DNA from: Eledone cirrhosa
Lineage: Eukaryota
Assembly (NCBI GenBank): GCA_964016885.1
Contig: OZ024746.1
Coordinates: 6,944,001 to 7,008,000, forward strand
Reading direction: 5' to 3'
DNA: 64,000 nucleotides
The translations under genes were made by a program, and so were the position numbers. Position 1 is the first letter of the stretch. Each line of letters opens with the position of its first letter. This document shows positions 52,784-64,000 of the stretch, piece after piece. A model generated the notes under the pieces. That model was not told the DNA's origin. It searched no databases and worked only from the letters and a program-made list of their open reading frames with translations.

Positions 52784-53493
52784 TTATCTCAAAAATACTG
52801 ATTTATGTTGGCACAAGGCCAGTAATTTTGAGAAGAGAAAGTTGACTATATCGACCCCCAGTACTTGACTGGTACTTAATTCTACATATGTACTATATAG
52901 TACATATATAATATATTTTATATATGTACTATATTTTACACCATATGTAATATATTTTACATATGTACTATATATTACATATGTAATATATTTTACACCA
53001 TATGTAATATATAGTACATATGTACTATATAATACAGAGCCCAACGTTGCCAGGCACACCTTTCACCAATGTAAATGAAGACCCCCTTTTTCCTCAACAT
53101 GGCTGTTTTTAAATAGCCCCATAACTCTGCTATATGTTGACATGCACCGGGAGCTAAATAACCTATGTATCAAATTTGAACAAAATTGGATGGAAACTAC
53201 GGAAATGCATTAATTGCTTACAGACAGACATTTTGGTTTTTATATATATATAGATATACTATCTTTCAGTACTATATTTCACATATGTGAACACCAGTGG
53301 CTTCACAAATGATCGGCTATTAATTCGACAATAAGTTGGCACAACTGCTCCAGTTAGTGAAGAAATCTATAAGTATACAGGCATAGCGAGCCACATATAC
53401 TCTAGCCATTAGAAAAAGCAAAATGGATGCTTTACCTACAATGGAGGGATGACTCAAGAAAAGATTATATTTTATGTACTATATTTTACGTAC

Positions 53494-53603
53494 CTGGGCC
53501 TTACAGATAATTCTGTCATTTGTACACTGTCCACCAAAACTTTTTGTCCCATAGGGAAATTCTTTACGTAATAAGTCATTCGGAAATCAGGTAATGTGTA
53601 AAT
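53494..53603 (-). CDS. CPSF1: CPSF160 exon
   Basis: [36 protein letters not shown]; the donor at 53493 was chosen because it keeps frame with the next exon. Confidence 0.85.
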
Positions 53604-54449
53604 CTGCAAAGAAGTTAATTAAAATAATGGTCTTTGTTATGTTTTGACATACAGGTAAAACAGGCAAGAAAGCAGCAAATTGGCAGAGTTGTTAGAATGT
53701 CAGATTGATTGATTTGTAGTATTTGTTTTGACTCAAATCCCATTGAGGTCAACTTTGTCTTTCATCCTTTCAAGGTCAATAACAAAAGTACCAGTCAAGT
53801 ACTGGGGTCGATTCTTCCTCTATATCTTTCTTGCTTCCTCTCTCTCACTCTCTCTATCCTTCTCTGGAAGAAATTTGCTGTATTTAGACCTGGAGAGGAG
53901 ATGGGCTCCGCCAGGTTTAGAAATGCCCTAGAAATGCTGTATATCAATATGGCGCCCCTGTGACTCCCTCGTGAGTTACAGGACCATGTTTGTATGTAAA
54001 ACAGGCAAAGAAATAGGGGTTTATTAAATTTTTCAAGAACAAAAGTAATAATATATAAGTGAAGTAAAATTATTCGAAGATACTCTCATGGAATGACCAA
54101 ATGAGGTTTATTTTTTAACATAGTCCCTGGTAGAAAAACAATGCAGATTTCACAACTCTAGCATCATTCCTTCATAGTCAGCCTATGAAATTTTCAGCCA
54201 ACTCTCGTAAATAGTGCCAAAACCAATGTTTAGATTCTGCAAAAGTTAGAGCACCACAACAGTGTTGATGCGATTCAGTAGAGCGCAGGGTTGTATGTCA
54301 AGCACTGGCCTACCTGGAGATCAAGCTCTGCTTGAGTACTGACCAGTCTTTGATGACATGTCCAACCCTTGCTAGCAGCAAGGACATTAAACGATGATGA
54401 AAATGATAATAGCTGACAGAATGCCATAGGTCAGGCTGTTTACACTCAC

Positions 54450-54528
54450 CTCAAGTACACCATTTTCACGACAAATTACAACCCAGTAAGAGGCTTTTAT
54501 TTCTTTCTTTTGGTAGATATCAGATGGA
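54450..54528 (-). CDS. CPSF1: CPSF160 exon
   Basis: PSDIYQKKEIKASYWVVICRENGVLE. Confidence 0.9.
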
Positions 54529-55029
54529 CTGAAGATGAAATAACAAAAAAAAACAATAAAAAATGTAAAAATGTAATATTGAAAGTAAAAATAAAATTTT
54601 AGAAGTTAATACCAACTAAAGTAACCCTTTCCTGACCATATTTCTAATGAAATACACTCTATTTTAATTTATCTATGAAGAATTTTGAGTGATTTACTAA
54701 TAATTTAAATTATTTCAATAGTAAGATAGTAACTTAATGTAAGGTTCTTATATAAAATTATGTTGGAAGATTTTAATTTAAATTGAAACCTTTCAAAATG
54801 GATGGTTTTATTTCATAGAACCAGAGCTGGTTTTGGCTGGGTTCATAACTAAAGAGTTACAGGAAGCATATCAGATTCAAACCTCTGGTAGATCATAAAC
54901 ACAAAACTGACTAGAGGTTTTTCCTATGAGTTTAAAGAATATGGCTCCTATAATAATATGTCAGTGTAATGATAACAGAACCAGAAGTGATCTTTTTGTT
55001 TGAACATATAGATTGTTAACATGATCTCT

Positions 55030-56260
55030 TGATGAATATTCATATCTTTTGATTGTGTAGATACATTTAATTTGATTGGGATTCTTGTATTTTTTTAAAT
55101 ATATAGCTTATATGGTTGACAGTTGTAATGAACCGTAAACAATTCATGCTTTTATGTATTTATGTATTTATTCTTTTGGAGTATGTTAGTTTTAAGATTC
55201 AGGATGTTTGATTTATATATTTATATTTGTTTATATATATGTATGGTATATGCGTCGCACACGATCCTAGTCGACAAACTTTTTCCACTTAACTTGATGT
55301 TAAACTTCAATTATAACTTTACTAGCAATGATTTTATTATTTATTTATTATATGTATATGGATCACTAATATCGTCTTGAGTTCCGAACAGAATACTCTG
55401 TATATATTTGGACAAATGTGAATATCTGGTTTAATAACATGCTTCTAACTACATTTATAAGTACTTTAGATACTTAAGGACATTCTAGTGTTATAATTGT
55501 TAAATATTTTCTAAATTATATAACGATTATTATTTTTTTAATTTAATTAAATTCTGGTTACCTTCGGGTCGATGAAGATCTTAAGTTTTCTCTTTCTCAT
55601 GTTTGCAGACACTTTAAATATGATACTATACTACTATATAGATCCTTTAAAATTTTCTTGTATTTTTAATTATATAGCTTAAATATTTGGCACTTATATG
55701 ATCGCAAACAATTTACTTATTTATTTTGAATCTGGTTCTTATCTTTATGATTCATGAAATTTTTATAGTATATATGTATTACATGAATCTAATATAATAA
55801 TTGATCTAACACCTTAATTTTAACAATATTAACAGTAACTTATTTATTATATTAGATTATATTATGTTATGTATAACTGACTAATATCGTCTTGAACTTT
55901 AGACAATATACTCTTTGTATATATTTAGACAAATGCATATATCTAATTTAATAATACCTTTTTTAAGTTTAATTATAAGGCCTTTAGATACTTTAGGGCA
56001 TTCTAATTGTTAATTTAAAATTTTTAAAGTTATAACTGTAATTATTTTCTAAATTATATAATGAGAATTATTTTAATATAGGAAAATAATATAAGATAAT
56101 ATAATTTAATATGGATTACCTTCGTGTGGATGAAAATACTAAGTTTCTTTCTCATGTTTGCAAATACTTAAATTATGATTTTATAAATTAAATATGTTAG
56201 TATACTTTAATATTAATATAGATATTTATAAACTTTTATAGCCTGAAATATTATACCTTT
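55030..56260. repeat. Diverged AT-rich tandem duplication, unit about 520-570 bp, about 2.2 copies
   Basis: Matching blocks at 55083/55656, 55366/55881 and 55558/56116. Confidence 0.7.
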
Positions 56261-56397
56261 AGATAATTCATTATTCTGAACTAACATAAAGAATTAGAAA
56301 TTTAACGGTCAGCCGGATACATTTGGATATATATAGTGTATATAATTAATTGTTAGTATATTTCTAATTAACTAAGGACCCGAAATTAAACCCTCAT

Positions 56398-59300
56398 ATA
56401 GGAATCATGTTAGCAGAAAAATGGGTAGATAAGATAATAGACGTAAATAGAGTGAACGACAGAATAATTAAAATAAGACTTGTCCTAAATAGAACTACTG
56501 TGACAGTAATATCTGCGTACGCACCCCAATCCGGACTGCCTGGCGTTATAAAAGGCAGATTCTATGAGACATTGATGCTCACTACCTCCCAAATAACCGA
56601 CAGTGACTACATAATTATTACTAGCGACCTAAATGGTCACATTGGACAACATTGTGATGGCTATGACGGAATCCATGGAGGCTATGGGTTTGGTACTAGA
56701 AATGAGGAAGGCTCCAGAATCCTGGAATTCTGTGACGCAAATAACCTAACTATCTGTAACACTAACTTCAAAAAACGAGACAATCACTTGATCACCTATA
56801 GATCAGGGGAACACGCCAGTCAGATAGATTATATCCTTACCAGAAGACGTGATAGAGTGTCTGTTGTAAACACTAAATCCCTCCCCCATGAAGAATGAAC
56901 CTCCCAACATAGACTCATAGTCAGCGACCTCATAGTCAGGACAAGACGTACTCGACAACAGAGGAGAACTATCCTCAGGAGAAAAATATGGAAGCTAAAG
57001 GACCCCACAGCCAGTAATAAATTTAAAAGCATATTACTTGATGCTTTCGACAGTAAGGAAAAGCAATTAGAGTCGTACAATATAGAGGAACAGTGGGAAT
57101 TCCTGAAAGCTAACCTGCTGAGGGCGGCAGATGAAGTCTGTGGCTGGAGCAGGCCTATAGGCAGGAGGAGAGTAACGTGGTGGTGGAACAGTAAGGTGGA
57201 GGAGTCAATTAAGGCCAAAAAGCAGGCTTGGAAAGTATGGCGGGATGGGGGAAGTAGAGAAGACTATCAAGTGGCCAGGAGGGAAGCTAGGAGACAAGTG
57301 TACTTCGCAAGAAGGGAAGCAGAGGAAAGAAAGTTCAAGCATGTTCTACAACGCGAGGACCAAAAACATGAGGTGTTCAGGATTGCTAGGCAATGTCAAG
57401 GAAAACCGTGATATTGTCGGGGAGAAGTGTGTCCTTAATGATGATGGTGTACTTGCCATCACTGACGCTGATAAGAAGGTAGCTTGGAAGTGTCACTACG
57501 AAAGGCTACTAAATGAGGAGAATAAATGGGAGAAAGGCAGTTCACCCCACATCGATCCAATAGAGGGACCAGCAGTGCAAGTTGAAGATAGTATAATAAG
57601 TAAGGCAATCAAAGATATGAAGATGGGCAAGGCGGCTGGGCCTTCGGAAATAGTTGCTGAAATGCTGAAAGCATCTGGAATGGTGGGACACACTATGGCC
57701 ACCCGGATAATAAACCAAGTCATATAGAATGGGGCCGTTCCGAAGGACTGGCGTAGCAGCATCATCATTAACTGCTACAAAGGTAAAGGAGATGCCCTAG
57801 ATAGGGGTAACTATAGAGGCATTAAATTAATTGACCAGGTCATGAAGGTCACAGAAAAAGTAATAGCGCAACTAATCAGAGAGCGAATTGATCTAGATGA
57901 AATGCAGTTCGGGTTTGTGTCAGGTAAAAGTACCACAGACGCTCTTTTCATTGTACGAGAACTACAGAAGTACCTAGCTAAAAGTAAACCCCTATACTTA
58001 GCTTTCGTTGAGTTGGAGAAAGCCTTTGACAGAGTCCCCCCGCTCCATTATCTGGTGGGCTCTTAGAAAACTAGGTGTTGATGAATGGCTTGTGAGAGCT
58101 ATACAAGCCATGTATAAAGAAACAGTCAGCAAGGTTAGAATTAACAACGAATATAGTGAAGAGTTTAGCGTAAAAGTTGGTGTTCATCAGGGCTCCGTCC
58201 TTAGCCTCCTCCTATTTATTATTGCCCTTCAGGCTATAACAGAGGAGTTCAAGACCCGCTGCTCATGGGTACTCCTATACGCAGATGATCTAACGCTCAT
58301 AGCTGAATCAATGGCTGAACTAGAGAAGAAATTCTAAACATGGAAGCATGGCCTAGAATCAAAAGGCCTTAAAATTAACCTGTCTAAGACTAAAGTTCTA
58401 GTTTGTAGGAAGGAAAATAGGGCACCAGTCCCATCTGGGAAATGGCCATGCTCAGTGTGTAGGAAAGGAGTAGGCAGAAACTCCATTTTATGTCCCAAAT
58501 GCAAAGTATGGATGCATAAAAGATGTAGTGGGATCACAGGTAAGCTAACTAACAATATAGATTTTATATGTGGCCGGTGCTCTGGTGCAATAAGTAGCAG
58601 CAAGTGCCCACAGAATACTAGCTCATTCCATTGCACAGATGGTTCAATAGAAATAGTGGACACCTTCCGTTACCTGGGTGACAAAATCAGCAGTGGTGGA
58701 GGGTGCTCTGAAAGTACAGTAGCTAGAGTCAGAACGGGATGGAAAAAGTTCAGAAAGCTTATACCACTATTGGCCGCTAAAGGGTTCTCTCTAAAAATGA
58801 AAGGCAGGCTGTATGATGCCTGCACACGAACAGCAATGTTACATGGCAGTGAGACCTGGGCATTGTGTGCAGAGGATATATGCAGACTGGAGAAGAACGA
58901 AGCTTGCATGCTCCGCTGGATGTGTAATAATAATATACGTCAACGGCAAAGCATAAACGAACTAAGGGAGAAATTAGGAATAAGAGGGATCAGATGTTGT
59001 TTACTCGAGAGAAGACTACGTTGGTACGGTCACGTGATGCGCATGAAAGACGACAGCTGTATAAAAAAGTGCAAGGCGATAAAAATAGACAGTAGCCATG
59101 GAGTAGGCAGACCCAGAAAAACCTGGGATGACTTGATAAATTCCTACGTCACACACTTACACCTCTCCAAGACAATGTCACTGGACCGAGATCTTTGGCG
59201 CTACACAGTAATACAGAAGACCCACCTTGCCTAAGTACAAAGCGAAACCTACAGTCAGTAGGCACCTCTAACAAAAATACACCCCCGTCCCACTACCCCC

Positions 59301-59623
59301 ACCCCATCCATACCACCCCTTTCAATGTAAAGTTATGTTGGTACCACAACATCCAGTCCGAAATAAATGAGGTTGTGTAGGTGTCACGACAAAAAATACA
59401 CACAGTCCACGCTGTAATGTGGCCGTGTAGGTAACACGGTAAAAACCTCCCAGTTCCACACTGTAAACGTGGTTGGTGTTAGGAAGGGCATCCAGCCGTA
59501 GAAAACCCGCCAGACAGTCCTATACGAGCAGGACAACCAATCTTGCCTCAAGTGGGAAAATTCCCGTCCAAACCCATGCTAGCGTGGAAGATGGACGTTA
59601 AACGATGATGATGATGATGATGA
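56398..59623 (+). mobile_element. 5'-truncated, inactivated RTE-clade LINE in a CPSF1 intron, antisense to the gene
   Basis: APE (VISAYAPQ, SDLNGHIG, SQIDYIL), RT (QFGF, KAFDRVP, GVHQGSVLS, YADDL), PHD-like Cys/His block, GRPRKTW and a (GAT)n tail; several stops and frameshifts. Confidence 0.95.
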
Positions 59624-60063
59624 ATTACACCCAGATATATTTAATATTTAGATTGATGGATACTTCTAGATAATTCAAAGATTCGAGTTTACTCTTTCAC
59701 AAAGCTATGCCCAAATGTATATTCATGTATTTATCTATGCTTTATACTATAAAAATTATTCCTCTTTGTCTCTCTATCATTGATCAATTCTCTTTTGCTT
59801 TCTATACTTCTAGTAACTATATTTTTTCCTCATCTGTTTCTCTCTGTCTTTCTTCTCTCTTCAATAATTTAAATTATTTGAATCTCTAACAGTTATGTAA
59901 ATTGCTATTATGTATTTTTAAGCTTTCTCACACGCACCCTCTGTATTATATGTAAATTTTTTCATGTCTCAATCTTAAGGTATATAAATATTGAGTCTTG
60001 TCATATCATATTCACTACCATGACTGAATCTTAACCATCTACTAAGTCAGGGTATGTCATGCA

Positions 60064-60122
60064 TTATCTGATGAGGATGTACTGTTGAAGTTAGCTCAGT
60101 ACCTCTGAAATATGTATAATAA
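60064..60122 (+). ncRNA. Type I hammerhead ribozyme motif with canonical core
   Basis: ttat-CTGATGA-ggatgtactg..cagtacctct-GAAA-ta(tg)ta-TA-ataa; overlaps AATAAA. Confidence 0.55.
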
Positions 60123-60483
60123 AATATACTTGATCACACGAATGTCTATTTTTGTTAATATTTTGAATTAATATATATATGTGTGTGTGTGTATGGCAGG
60201 TATATATTGATGGCTGATATCAGATAGTTCAATATATATATATATGTGTGTGTATATATATATATGGTAGGTGTATATTTGTAGTTTATATCAAATGGTT
60301 CAATATGTGTATATATAAATCTGGTAGGTGTAAGTCTGTAGTTTATATCAAATGGTTCAATATGTGTATATATAAATCTGGTAGGTGTAAGTCTGTAGTA
60401 ATATCAAATGGTTCAATATAACTATACTAGATCAGAACAGGGGTTTCTACACCTAAAAAAGCAGCTGACATAAAAAAACTTAC

Positions 60484-60579
60484 TTTTGTTTAGGAGCATG
60501 TTTATTGCTGTTATTTGTTGATTTATTAAATGCTGACTCAGATTCACCATACAGCAGTTCATCTTCATCATCCATGAAA
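60484..60579 (-). CDS. CPSF1: CPSF160 exon
   Basis: FMDDEDELLYGESESAF.., the conserved DDEEEMLYG-type motif. Confidence 0.9.
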
Positions 60580-60842
60580 CTGGAGTAACAAAATAAAACA
60601 AAGATATAGATAAGAAAATAATAAGGAATTAATCAATTGTTTCTACTTTTGGCACAAGGCCAGCAATTACCCAGTGCATTACTGGTACTTTATTTTATCG
60701 ACCCCGTAAGGATGAAAAGCAAAGTTAACCTCGGCGGGATTTGAACTCAGATCATAAAGGGCCGTAACTCCATGCTGCTAAGCATGGTGTCCGACCCTCC
60801 TAGGTCAGAGATTGTACTTTAAAGTGCTGAGAATATAGAATT

Positions 60843-61183
60843 AATTCATAGAAACCTGAGAAAACCCATTGCTAGAATAGCCATTAAAACAGCCAAATGC
60901 TGTCAATGGCAGCAATGGGCAAAAATGCCTGAGAGGACAGAGATCAGCGGCTAGTGGTCAACAGAGAGACAATCCATGAGGTGGGTGACAGGCTGATGAA
61001 ATAAAGAAAACATTGCAAGAGGAGGACAAGAAGTGTGTTGACACACAAAGTTGACTGGAAGAAGGAAATAAAGGTGATGTATAAGACAAGTTTACACATC
61101 TTCACCCTCATCAGCTCTCAGACCAGCATTTGGCTGTTTTAACATCTCTTCTAGCAATGAGTTTTCTCATTTTTATATGAATT
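60843..61183. mobile_element. MITE-like element with about 60-bp imperfect inverted ends
   Basis: 60843-60902 versus 61124-61183. Confidence 0.65.
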
Positions 61184-61249
61184 CTAATAGACTCTTGCTT
61201 CAATGTTTGGTTTAATCAACAATTCCAAAATAAAGAAACAAATAATTAC

Positions 61250-61404
61250 CAGCATGTGAGATTACTTGACAATTGTTCCTCTGCTATTTTCGGTACTTTG
61301 GTATATTCCGGAAGGCTGGATGAATAGGTTTCAGCTTTGATAGTCATTGTTGTAAATAATCCACTGAGATCTTTATAGGCACATAAACTGATGATTTTGT
61401 TTTT
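61250..61404 (-). CDS. CPSF1: CPSF160 exon
   Basis: KNKIISLCAYKDLSGLFTT...; the donor at 61249 keeps frame. Confidence 0.85.
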
Positions 61405-61499
61405 CTGAAATATTTTTAGTACATTGTTTAATGACTACGACAATGATAATAGAATGGTGTAGTTTGCTTGAAGTGTTGTGTGTTGTGATTGTGTCCTTT

Positions 61500-61743
61500 T
61501 ATGGTGGTGGCGGTGGTGGTGGTGGTGGTGGTGGTGTTGGTGGTGGTGATTGTAGTGATGGTGATGATGATAATATTGGTGGTGGTGGTGATGATGGTGA
61601 TGATGGTGGTTGTGGCAGTGGTGGTGATGGTGATGATAATATTGGTGGTAGTGATGGTGGTGGTGGTGGTGATGATGGTGGTGGTGGTGATGATGATGGT
61701 GGTGATGATGGTGATGTTGGTGGTGATGACAATAATGATGATG
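61500..61743. repeat. (GGT/GAT)n trinucleotide tract
   Basis: Direct inspection. Confidence 0.95.
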
Positions 61744-61764
61744 CAGAGAAAGCTGAAAGTTTAC

Positions 61765-61940
61765 CTGCTGTAACTGTGGTTTTGTGACAGCCAGTCTCAC
61801 ACCACTACCAAAGCTGTCAGCCCTTAATGACAACAACACCAACTGGCCCTCTTCACTCATTACCAACAAGAAAGGATCAGCAACAGAACAGTGAACAATT
61901 GGGGAACCCACATCAATGGGAATATGCTGTAGTTGTTTCA
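61765..61940 (-). CDS. CPSF1: CPSF160 exon (5'-most in the window)
   Basis: VKQLQHIPIDVGSPIVHCSVADPFLLVMSEEGQLVLL..TKPQLQQ. Confidence 0.95.
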
Positions 61941-62139
61941 CTGGAAAACAAAGTTTAATAATCATTAATAATAACGACAAGGTAAGATCACATTCACTTG
62001 TCTTTACTCATCCATCAGATCTAACAGTAGAAGTGTGTGTTATGTTAATAAAATTGAGTGATGTCATGATAAAATGTAATTGGTAGAGAGTGACAAGATT
62101 TTGTGAGATGTGGGCCCCCAGCCTACCTGAGTACAGAAA

Positions 62140-62305
62140 CATGAGATGTGCACAGCCCTACATGAGTACAGAAACATGAGTTAGATGTGCACAGTCCTAC
62201 CTGAGTACAGAAACAAGATGTGCACAGCCCTACATGAGTACAGAAACATGAGTTAGATGGGCACAGCCCTTCCTGAGTACGGAAACATGAGATGTGCACA
62301 GCCCT
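62140..62305. repeat. About 35-39-bp tandem repeat, 4-5 copies
   Basis: GAGTACAGAAACATGAG..ATGTGCACAGCCCTAC. Confidence 0.85.
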
Positions 62306-64000
62306 ACCCCTGCCCCATCTGCTAGTAGAGAAATGGATGTGAAATGATGATGCCACGTGAACTAAAATGAATCTCACAAGATAGCTGTTAATGTTTAGTC
62401 AGCCATGATCAAGCAGGCACTCCAGCTATGACTCTACCCACTTTGGGGGGGGGGGGGGGGGGTACAATGGCCCTTAGACAACAAGGCAGCTGTTGTTGAT
62501 GTTAAGCCCTTGGTTAGCTATGACTGTACCATCTTTCTCCCGAGGTACAATGCACCTAGGACTCCACTTTCCAACATGTCCTTCTTTTTTAATGTAATAG
62601 AAACAAAAATCGAGTTTACTTAACCCAAGACAGAAAACCAGCGAGAGTAAAAGCTGGTAGTTTCAGTTGCAAGAGTTATACGTACATGTTTTCAACTGAG
62701 TCTCACTTGTAAGGGGTAGAAATTAAATAGAATTAATAAGCAATTGAATAAACACATGTAGGACACGCTATAAAGTGGATGGTTTTAGGAAGGGCATCCA
62801 GCTAAACAAAGGACTGGGGGGATCCTTTGGTTATGTCTAGGATATGACAACCCTAGTGTTGGTGATCTACACAATAAAAGCAACCAGTACATGCTGTAAA
62901 GTGGTTGGTGTTAGGAAGGGCATCCAACCGTAGAAAGCTTGCTAAACAAGGGGTTAGCAGGACCCTTTAGTATGTATCAAAAGACACGGTAACTTCCCCT
63001 CTGCACTTGATAATGACCTTCTCGACCTGTCTGGGAGGTCAGTGGTCCTGCTTCACTACTGATTTGGTCTATGTAAACGCATGAACCCGTGCTAACAGGG
63101 AAAGCAGACGTTAAATGATGATGAAATTTAACCCATGACTAAAAGAAAAGTTACGAAGTCGCTAATATTAATAAGTACATTCTTTTTTTCAAGTTGTCCA
63201 AGGGAGAGAACTCTGAAATTTCAATTTATTGAAAATTCCATTTTATTCAGTGCACTTGACATTTTTAATGCAGAAGGCACCCATAGGAAACTTTTTTTAA
63301 TGATTATATGAATCTGATTCAATTAATTTAACTGTTAACTAATCGCATTAGTAGACATTCTTAAAAAATGACTGAATCACATTAAAAATTGAAGATTTTA
63401 CTCTAATACTGAACAATTTCAAAGAACTGTCCACTAGTAAAGACATTATAAATATTTGAATTAACAAACCCACATTTAGTTATTTTCTGCTAAATCAGCT
63501 TGATGTCCTTTCTATCACCAACCAGTTTACAGAGTGTACTGGATGTATTTATCAGGATGTTAAGAGTTAAACACTTGTTTCTGCTCAGTTGTTTTATTCT
63601 GACTATTGATATAGAAATTAGATGTAAGCTTTGCACTGTATTATTTCAATTACCATATTCTTGTGTTATACTGTGTAGTTTTTTCACTTTATTCCTTGTT
63701 TTTTTTTGTGGGGTGATGTGCGGTATACATCCATAACTAAATGCTATATCCTCTACTTAATATAATCAGCAGGTTATTGTTATTTAAAAGGATCTATCCC
63801 AAAATGACCCCAGTGACTTCCATAATATAATAAAAATAAAATCTGATATTTACTATTATAAATAAACAGAAGTGATGAGTATAGATGTTGATTGTGGAGT
63901 GAAAAGGTGCCAAGAAATCCCAGTAGGAGGGAGCTACAGTAGAGAAAAACCAAGGAAGGGCAGAGGTTGTCATAACTGAATCTCATGGTCGTGTTGATGA

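Noticed and set aside
62000-64000. Further upstream CPSF1 exon
   Set aside because: No matching peptide found on the minus strand; the region is intronic SINE/RTE-tail debris

Overview
Repeat-rich, AT-rich animal genomic DNA; the SINE families and microsatellite load suggest a cephalopod such as Octopus (inference from memory, not a database result). One real host gene is present: the 3' part of CPSF1 (CPSF160) on the minus strand. It has 21 GT-AG exons from 61940 down to the stop at 32258, the phases join into one frame of about 824 codons, and the 5' exons lie beyond the window. The rest is transposon debris: a 5'-truncated RTE LINE and RTE fragments, CRE, Vingi-like and mariner relics, MITEs, many tRNA-derived SINEs and mini/microsatellites. 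Nearly all ORFs in the supplied track are translations of simple repeats. Two things stand out. (1) A set of short fold-back elements, mostly next to (TA)n tracts; those that can be oriented lie head-to-head with 3' ends facing outward. Several carry hammerhead-ribozyme motifs (including a U3-A8 covariant core) and two carry tRNA-derived Pol III boxes, consistent with Penelope-like pLTRs and possibly Penelope-mobilised SINEs. (2) A 59-bp minisatellite made from a CPSF1 coding-exon end plus its splice donor, repeated about 18 times.
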